This document shows, piece after piece, positions 54,788 through 64,000 of a stretch of 64,000 bases of DNA. The stretch's first letter is position 1. Each line of letters starts with the position of its first letter. The stretch is from NCBI RefSeq assembly GCF_009914755.1, contig NC_060926.1; one strand, 5' to 3'. The position numbers and the translations under genes were made by a program. The stretch is from the human T2T-CHM13v2.0 reference genome, Homo sapiens. Under the pieces are notes generated by a model that had not been told where the DNA came from, did not search any database, and saw only the letters and a program-made list of their open reading frames with translations.

Positions 54788-57700
54788 CCACAAATGTATT
54801 CTTTTAGAGTTACTCAACATTTCTATAATTATCTGAGACAGTTAGATGTACACAAACACCAAATGATACCTTTCAACTACCTGTGGATTTTTCCTTGAAT
54901 GAAGGGACAATCTTTTAAAATCATGGAATTCAGGGTACCAAAGGAGGAAAACAAAGAAAGAATTAACATGAGTTCATTCTCATGTAATGAATCCGTTACT
55001 AATCTCACGGTTGTGACTTTGAACAGAGTGCAGAAATGGCTCTTGTGTCTGTGACATGGTCCTGCAGACACCACTGCATGACAAGAGGGACATTAGAAGT
55101 TGAGCTATTATTACTGAAGAAAAGACTGTTTGTATCTGCATCAGGACCACATAGCATGTGATGATGATTTCCTGTCCCGACTAAAACCAGAGCAGTGTTA
55201 CTGGGCCTACCAAACACACTTGTGTAGACTTTACAGGAATGTCCCTACTGTGAAATAATTTGCAGTGTCTGTTCCCCCATTAGTATTTTTTCTCTCTCTC
55301 CCTTCATACCTTCTCTGCTGCTCACCTCTGAGCATGATTAGTGTGAATCTGAGTTTTTGAGATCCTGTGGAAGAGTGTTCTTCTTTTTTCTTTAGATATG
55401 AAGTGGCTTCTTTTTCTGTTTATGTCTTCATGTGAACATTCTGGATGGTAAGAATGACAGATTATTGGCTCAGTCACAATTTGCCTTACACATAACCTCA
55501 CTGCCAATTTTATTAAAAAAAAGATGTCTTCCTTCATGGAAGAAATAAGCATAACTTTGTTGTGGTTTAAAAAAAAACACCCCAAAAAACTGTTTCGTTA
55601 ACCAAAGTCTTTCATAAAAGCAGATACACCTGACTTCTATTTGAGGCCCAGATACTGGAGACAGGAGCCTTATTTAACCAACTTCTTACTCTACCCTCTC
55701 ATGCTGTAACCATCATTTCAGATTATTTCAGGTTGATCTCTAATTTAATGAGAGGTTAGAGCTCTTTTGAGGCTAATAGTAGAGAGAGCTCTTTTGAGGC
55801 AAAGTAATATTAATAACCATCATCATCTTACTTGGTGCTTTTTTCTTTCATCTTCGAGGCTGAGTTATGTTGGAGGATGTTACTCGAGGAGATAATTCTG
55901 CACACTTAATTTGTTCATACATTATTTCAACCTCAACAGGTTTAATTAACACAAACTTGTTCCACCTTTTTTCCCCCAATTATTCTGAATGAAGATAATT
56001 AGTAATTTGCTAAGACCTCAGAGAACACAGTAGAAAAATAAAAAAACTTTAGGTGATTTGATCTCATTCTTGTGCCTGTTTAATGTAAATCTATTGAGAA
56101 TATTTTTTTAAATCACAAAGTACAGTTGAATAAAGAAGAAATGTCAGTTAAATTTCTGTATTATTTTTAAAGTTTTAGAGAGAAAACCAGATAACTAGCT
56201 TATCCATGATTAATAGGGGATAGGCAGAATAATAATTAGTTATTCTGTGGTATATGTTTCTTCTTCAGATGTTAATTTGATTTAGATAGAGAGATGATGT
56301 TAACATTCTTTAATAGATTTTAGATTCCCTAGGGTAAATTTTACTTTATTGTGTACTTAATAAGACTTTTTCAGTGGTGACAGTGTGTTAATCCAAAAGA
56401 CTGCAGTATTTTAAGTGTAAGTGACTGCTTCACAGTATGATTTAGGATTTTATTCTAGTTCTCTTACATCCATGCAGAAGCTTGAACTAAAAATTTCATT
56501 TTCAAATATTTGAAGACTTTTTTCTCTTTTCTAAAGAGACAACCATCTTGAAGATAATAAGAAAAGGTATTAAAAAGTATTATTCTGGTTTATATTGCAT
56601 TAAAGAAAGCACATTTGATATTACAGACTTTATAGAGTTTGTGTTTTTGTGTAGTTTTAGGCCCTGCTTTGTTAGGACACTTTAGGAATAGTGTAAGAGG
56701 GTATTTAGGATGAAAGAGGCATTTAGCTTTAGAAGGCAGTCATTGTACCTACCTTGTAAATTACCACACTTTTCATCTTGGGTATGCATTGAGAAGTTAA
56801 TACGCTTCTGTCACTCATACAAATAATGTTAAAACCATTGTATCTCTGGAGATTTTTATGGCTTACTTATAAAATGCAATGGATTATTTCGGAGGACACA
56901 CCGTGCAGTACGGGCTGACATGCATTAGAAGGATACAGAGAAGATCTATGAAAACAGTATTCTGCTCAAGGATATGAAGAGTGTCAGATATACAGTACTT
57001 AACTCTGCAGGGTGGTGTGTCTCTTTAAGACACTAAAGCCTTTAAGAGGTTGGAGAGTTATGATGTCATTAATTAATAACTGACTGCATGCTAATCAATA
57101 CAATAGGTACACACTGTAATGGCTTATAAGCATGGTAGCTTTTTAATGGCTCATGTATAAATGTTAATTGATTTAAAACAAAGGGAAATTTCTGTCTATT
57201 GGATCAATAGTTTATGGATTATGACTACCTTTTTAGTTTGAGATTGCTAAAGAATGCTCCTTCCTTACTCCTTCCATTCTCTGGATTGTCTTTCTATGTT
57301 TTTTTAATCAGGAATGCCTGCAAAGAAGATACATTAGACCAATTATTGGTACTGGAATCCAATAACACTTGCAAAGCCCCAAAGGCTTCTACAAGATGCC
57401 ACACTAGGGCGTCATGGTAGATTTGTACAATATGGAATATATAGGAGTCTGTGGAAAGTTCAGTGTTTACTCTTTTCATACTATTGCATTTTTATGCAAA
57501 AGATGTGTTATATACATATGAACCCCTTGATTTATTATCAACAATTTTCTGTTTGGATTTCTTATGCTTAATGCATGTAAAGAGATAAATAATGAATGTG
57601 TTATCTGCCAACATAAATGACCTAAAAGATAAGTCCATGTTATTTAGTCTAACATCTAAATTAAGAATCAAATACATTTAGAACAAATTTAATACCAAAA

Positions 57701-58521
57701 AAAAAAAAAAAAAAGAACTGGCAGATAAAATTTTACCTAGGAAACTCCTATTGGCAAACACAGGAGTTGCTTATAACAGATATTATGAAGACTTAGGAGC
57801 TGATTATTGTAATATAGTTTTGTGCTTAATAGAAAAGGGGTATGCAGTTAATTCTTTATCATTCCATATGGCAGTGCTCACTTCATCTCCTCCTTCAACT
57901 GCCATGCTAGCATTTTTTTTTTCTGTTTTATTGCTCCATTCTTGAAGGTCTGCTTTGGAATGGGGCCAGTTATCTTTTTTCATTTAGGCAAATTTTACAT
58001 GAAAATACTAATTTTATATTTGAAGAAACTGGTGGCTTTGGAATAGTATCCTTGTCAGCTTTTATATGAATGTGTATGAAGTTTAAAAAGCCAAATGATA
58101 TTATAAGAGGTCTTGTGAAAAACAGCAGTCCCTTGCCTAGCAGACCTTGTACTCTTCCACAATTCGCCCTCCTCAGGGAAATGCTTCCAATGCTTCCGAT
58201 TGACTTTTTGTTTTCCTGATGTTTACCTCTGCATTTGAAATAACTTGCTGATACTACAGACTGCTCATTTTTCAGTTTTATATATTGTCTACTGATTTCG
58301 TTATATAGAAGATAGGAATTTGACACCTTTATACCTTCACCTTTTCAATAACCTTCTTAGAAAGTTTCTTTAACTGCAACTTCTTAGAGAGTTAAGTGTT
58401 TATATTTATCTCCTTATTGTTAATCCTTACCCAGATTTTGTATAAATCTCCTCTTGGTATGTTCAAGCACTTCAGATAATCTGCCCAAGAATAGTAGGAA
58501 AAGTGAAACAAGAAGTCTCTT

Positions 58522-58525
<4 letters not shown>

Positions 58526-58565
<40 letters not shown>
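58526..58565. repeat. (GT)n microsatellite
   Basis: About 20 GT units. Confidence 0.95.
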
Positions 58566-58609
58566 TGGTTGGAGTGGGGGCAGGGGTATAATTTTAAGAG
58601 ACACACAGA

Positions 58610-58780
58610 AAAGAACTAGTGAAGGAGACTGAGAAGGAACAGTCAAAGATATTGCAGGAAGACCAGTAGTACATGGAAGTCAAAGGAGAGAGCATCAAGA
58701 AAGAGATGGTGAGTAAGTATCAAAAGCCATAGAGAAATGAACAAAGATGGTGACTGAAAACATCCATTAGCCAAGGCTGC
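58610..58780 (-). mobile_element. L2 fragment
   Basis: gactgagaaggaacagtca ... gactgaaaacatccattag. Confidence 0.6.
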
Positions 58781-59159
58781 CAGGGAATTGGGATCAGAAG
58801 CCTCAATGTCATAAGAGACAATAGAAAATTTTAAGTTATTCATTTGGGAAACTTGGCTCTTAGGTAAATGAGACACAAGGCAGTTTAAAAATAGCTAGAT
58901 GTCAATGAAAGACTGCATTCAAAATAACTTTTTGAGATGAAACAGACTTTAGAATACTTGTAGATGAAGGTATAAATTAGAAAATCTGAAGGTGACCAGC
59001 AGCCTCTTCCAACCATGCTTCTTTGAATAATTATATGTTTAATGACATTTTCTCTATATTGTACCATATAATGTTTAAGTTATATTGTACCATGTAATGT
59101 TTAAGTGAATGTTTAAGTGGCTGTAAAAGAGTTATCTTACCTTGTCTTTTCTCTCTCTC

Positions 59160-59164
<5 letters not shown>

Positions 59165-59191
<27 letters not shown>
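59165..59191. repeat. (CA)n microsatellite
   Basis: Direct reading. Confidence 0.9.
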
Positions 59192-59192
<1 letters not shown>

Positions 59193-59904
59193 GAAAGCTA
59201 GCAATTTAGAGGTTTCAAGGGGGATATGTCCGTTTTACAGGTCAAAGCCAAGACACAAACATGGCCTCTACTCCTAGTTCAGAGCTCTCACTACCATCCT
59301 GCAGCTGGCCTCTGAATCACTTTTTATCTATCTTCTTTTGCCTCTTGGTTGATCTTTGCTGTTAAGAATTTCCTTTATTCTTACTGTTTTGGCAAGGCTT
59401 ATCTGTCCGTCTGCCTGCTGCTTTTATTTCCTTCGAATCCACAGCTATATCATGTGTTGACTAACTTCATCACACCATAAAGCTGCTGTTACTATTAAAT
59501 CATACACAGATCCAGACATTTTGCAATGGAAAGAGATTCCCTCCAGTTTCGTAACCTATTTTGAGGACTTATTTTTGTTTGACTGTCACTAGAAACACCA
59601 TTATCTTAAACAGCATGTGGACTCAGAGCCCTACATCAGGTTAGATGACAAAACCATTTTATGTAATTGGTGTTTAACATGGATACTGATGGTCTTTTGG
59701 TGCTAAGCTCAACCTGAAAATCTCACTAGGAATATATTTGCTTCTCATTTCACTTTTTAGAAATGACTTTGGTCAACCAGAGCACGAAAGGTTAGTTTAT
59801 AAACTAAGTAGTGGAAATCAGTGATGGTTTTCAGTCATATGATTATTAATGAAAATACTTGGTGATGTGTAGGTTTCCGGGGTGCAGGGTGATACATTCT
59901 TTAA

Positions 59905-60330
59905 TCACTCACTCATTCATTCAGTCAGCCCACGAAAATTTCCTGAGAGTTTACTATGTGCCAAGAACTACGCCAAATGTATTTCTGCCTTCAAGGAGGT
60001 CTTAGTCTTAGAAAGGAAGCAGGAAGTTGGATTTTAGAAAAGCTTGGGAATTCACAAAAGGGCTTTGAGCAAGAGAGCCACATAATTCAATCAGTCTTTT
60101 AGAAACCCCAATCAGGAGGATGGATTGGAAGGAAATAAGGATGGGGTCATAAGACCGGAAAGCCAGGTGAGAAATTCCTTGAGCTGGAGCTAACATTATG
60201 ATGATGGGTGAATAGGAGGAAAGATGAGACAGACATTAAGATAGAATCACCTGAGCTTGATGACAAATTTGGAGGAGAGAGAGAAGCCTTGTGAATTATG
60301 ATGGCTTCTCAGTAATACCTCTTGTGAATT
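59905..60330 (-). mobile_element. L2 3' fragment
   Basis: tcactcattcattcagtc tail, tactatgtgccaag, ctgccttcaaggag. Confidence 0.65.
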
Positions 60331-60392
60331 CCTAGAATGAATGTGCTGGGATGTACTCTATGGTAATCTGAACAGCTGTTTTGTATACATAG

Positions 60393-60745
<353 letters not shown>

Positions 60746-61199
60746 TAATGATATCTTTAGCATTGCTGGGTACCTAGATTAAAAAAATCCTAAGCCTCCA
60801 TCTGTATTTATGGCTGATGATTAACCTTATGCAAATGCTGATGTAATTCTGAAGTGAACTTTCTTGCTGTTCTGTGAAGAAGCAATGCTTTGAATGATCA
60901 GGGATGCTCTGCCCCATGTTTTGGAAATGTATGTAAAGATATATTGATATATATATTGGGCACTTTCTTTCTTTATCCAGGTATAATATTTGATCCTACA
61001 AATTTGAAGTTTTTCATAAGTTGTGACAATGTGAATATTTCAAACTCATAAAAAAGTAAAAAAATAAAAACAAAAAAAAAACACCTCACTTTCTAAACTC
61101 TAGGAAATTGACCTTGGCATCCTGAAAACTGAACCAGACAATTACATTTGGTTTCTGCGTCTTTGAGAATAGAATGACTTTTTAATTTCTTAAAGATAA

Positions 61200-62050
61200 A
61201 AGTATTTATACTTTTTGTTTGCAAACTTAATAAATGCTCATTAAAAGCAACAGAGAATTAAATTAGAAATATATAAAATGGAAAATGAAAAGTGCCTTAC
61301 AATCTACCATAATCTCATTGCTAGAAACAGTAATTAAAGTTTAGGGTGTATCTTCCAGATATACAAACAACATATTTTTAATGGTACCAAATTATACATA
61401 GTTTTTCATAATCTGCCTTCCTTAATAGTGTGTCATGGTGTGTCATGGATATCCTTCTAATCAAATATATAGAGAGCTATTCTTCAATTGTGTTTTTGTT
61501 TTATGTCTGTATAATTTATTTTGCCAGTCCCTTATTATTTTTCCCCTAAATTTTCAGCTGACAAATAATGTTGCTATTAATATCCTTTTACATATGTCTT
61601 TGTATATTTTTCCATTTTTTCCCTTTGATACATTTCTGAAACAGAATCATTTAGTTAACGTTGCACATATTTTAAATTTTAATAGATATTTTCAAATTAA
61701 CACCTAGAAGTTGTGCTATCAGCTAAATTTCAGAGTAAATCTTTTCACATACTGTTACCTACCTTGGTATAATAAACTTTTTATTTTTTTTTCTCTGTCA
61801 GAGAGGAAAATAAATTCTTGTGACTATGTTAATCTGAAATTCTTGTATTTTTTAATATAATGCTGTGTATCTTATGTTTATTATCCTTTTAAATTTTCTC
61901 TTTTATAAATTACTTGTTAAAGTTCTTTGCTAATTTTTAAATTATGTTATTTATTATTTGTTTATTGATTATTAAAAGCTCTTTGCATAGTGAAGTCAAA
62001 CTTTTTCTTATCATTTATGATTTGGAGATTTGCTAAGACCTCCTCTCCCA
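61200..62050 (-). mobile_element. Ancient L1M (L1ME/MC-like) 3' fragment
   Basis: acaaataatgttgctattaatatcct...catatgtctttg, ttttaaattttaatagatatt and gttctttgctaatttt are antisense L1 3' motifs. Confidence 0.6.
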
Positions 62051-64000
62051 AGATTATAAGCAGAGTAATTTTTAATTAAAAATAAAAAACTAGGGATAAA
62101 ACGTCAAGTGAAAAATAAAAAGTAATTAGGGATTTACTGACAAAAACATATGCAATTGGAACAGATTACAGAATGGTCTCTAGAGAAGGAGAAACTTGCT
62201 CAATTTCCGAACAAAATAGAAATCAGAACTGGAATATAAATTGGATGAGGCGAGTGACCTCTGTCTTGTTCACTGCTGTGTCCCCCCATAGCAGCACTCG
62301 GAACACAGAAGTTGCTCAATAATATTTTTGGAATTAATGAATGAATGCATACATCTAAGCTTATATATAAAAGAATACATGAAAATTTGAATTAATAAAG
62401 CTCTAAAAATCAGTATTACTTCTACAGTTACTGTAGAAGTAATAGGCAACACCACCATTACAAAGGCAACTTTACTTATCACTGTGGAACTGGTAATAGA
62501 AGGTTTCAAATCCCTTTTTTATTGAGGCATTGGTTGAAGATTCCCAATCTTCCTGTTTGTGAGGACATTAAATTTGTTCCTTTTATAAACTTAGTCTTAG
62601 AATAATATAACTCCAAGGAGATTTAGAGAACTGGAAAATAATCAACACTATCCTATGGAGTCGTGGAAAAACTGGGCTGGTCATTAGAATATTTATTATT
62701 TAGTGATTTATTCCCAAATGATGACAAAATTGTCTTCCTTTGGGCTTCTTGAACATGTTTCAATATTTGACAAAAATGTAAAGTGCACTGGAAAAAGTAT
62801 AGAAGTTTATCTAAAGAATTAACTTATTTTTAGAAAAGGTAGGTGAAAGAATAACATTGCTTTTATTTTAACCCATTGTTTTGTTATCTTAAGATTATTA
62901 TACATATTTATGCCTAAATTTTGAGTTCCAACTTATGAAAAAATAGAGTTAACATTCCTTTTTTTTGTTTTTATGTTTTTCTGTGTCTGACTTTTCTTGA
63001 ATTATAGAAAATAGCTTTTTATAGGCTGTGTTCTCTAGCATGTTTTCCCTGAAAGAATAATCGATTTTTATTAATATAATAGCTAATTTTAATTCTATGT
63101 TACAGAAACCCCTTTTACTTTATATGGTATTTTATATAGTAATGTTTATTTTCTATACAAACTCGCTAGGATGTTTTATATGTTTTATATCCCATTGAAT
63201 TCTCCCTGAAACTGCACTAGTTTACAATAATTTTATTACTTTATTAATTAAACGTTTTCCAACAAGCTAGCTATGGCATTTCTTATCATCAAGGGTTCCA
63301 TTAGTTTTTAATGGTGTGAGACAAAATTACCATTTACCCACATGCAATTTAAGAAGCATCATTAACACGAGAAAAGCACCAGGTGGGATTTCTAATAGTT
63401 ACTGTTTCTCATTTTTGTTTTTATTTAAAAGAATCACTGGTTTTGAGTTTTTTGTTGCTATATTGCCAAATCTTCACTTGGATTTTATGATCGAGATAAT
63501 TTAAAATAATGTTCTTCTATTTCCTTAGGCAGTATTCAACAATATTTTACTTATGTGCACACAGCTTCAGTCTAGCACTTTTTTTCTACACAGTCGAGTG
63601 AGTGTTGTCTGCACAGACAACAGAACAAAGAGGGATCTTCATGAACTCCATCAGATAGTTTGGCCAAGGGCTTGGCAGTGCCAGTGGTTTGGCCATAAAC
63701 TGTCTCTGTTTTCAGAGAAGTATGAACACCAGGACTGAAAAGATCCAGGGGTCCTGGAAACCAAAATAAACTCTAGGAATCTTGCAAAGTGGACACTCGT
63801 TAATTTTTTTCCCGCAGATCATATGAACTCTTTTCAAGGGTTCACATGTCATAGGTTAGATAATGCTTATCCTCTTGCAGACTGGAAAGTACTCATTCCT
63901 GTAAAATGAATATAAGAGAACCAAGCAGGAATATTCAGGCTGTGAAGTTTGTAATAACATAGATACTCTCAGAAGATTGGGAAAATACTGATATCTTGTA

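Overview
Primate (human-like) nuclear DNA with no protein-coding gene, RNA gene or CpG island that I can support. The listed ORFs derive from Alus, LTRs or microsatellites, or look random. The left ~23 kb is comparatively GC-richer and dense in repeats (Alus, L2, MIR, MLT/ERVL LTRs, Tigger3b, MER1A, MER33). The right ~40 kb is AT-rich and Alu-poor, with long repeat-poor stretches carrying clusters of developmental transcription-factor motifs. The strongest observations are: (1) an old Alu split by a younger two-part templated insertion copied from 0.5 kb and 3.9 kb downstream; (2) three good CTCF motifs in a divergent arrangement near the compositional transition; (3) several perfect short inverted repeats, the best with 15-bp arms. 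Repeat family names come from recalled consensus similarity, not a RepeatMasker run. I could not identify the locus, and I found no convincing new gene-based system.
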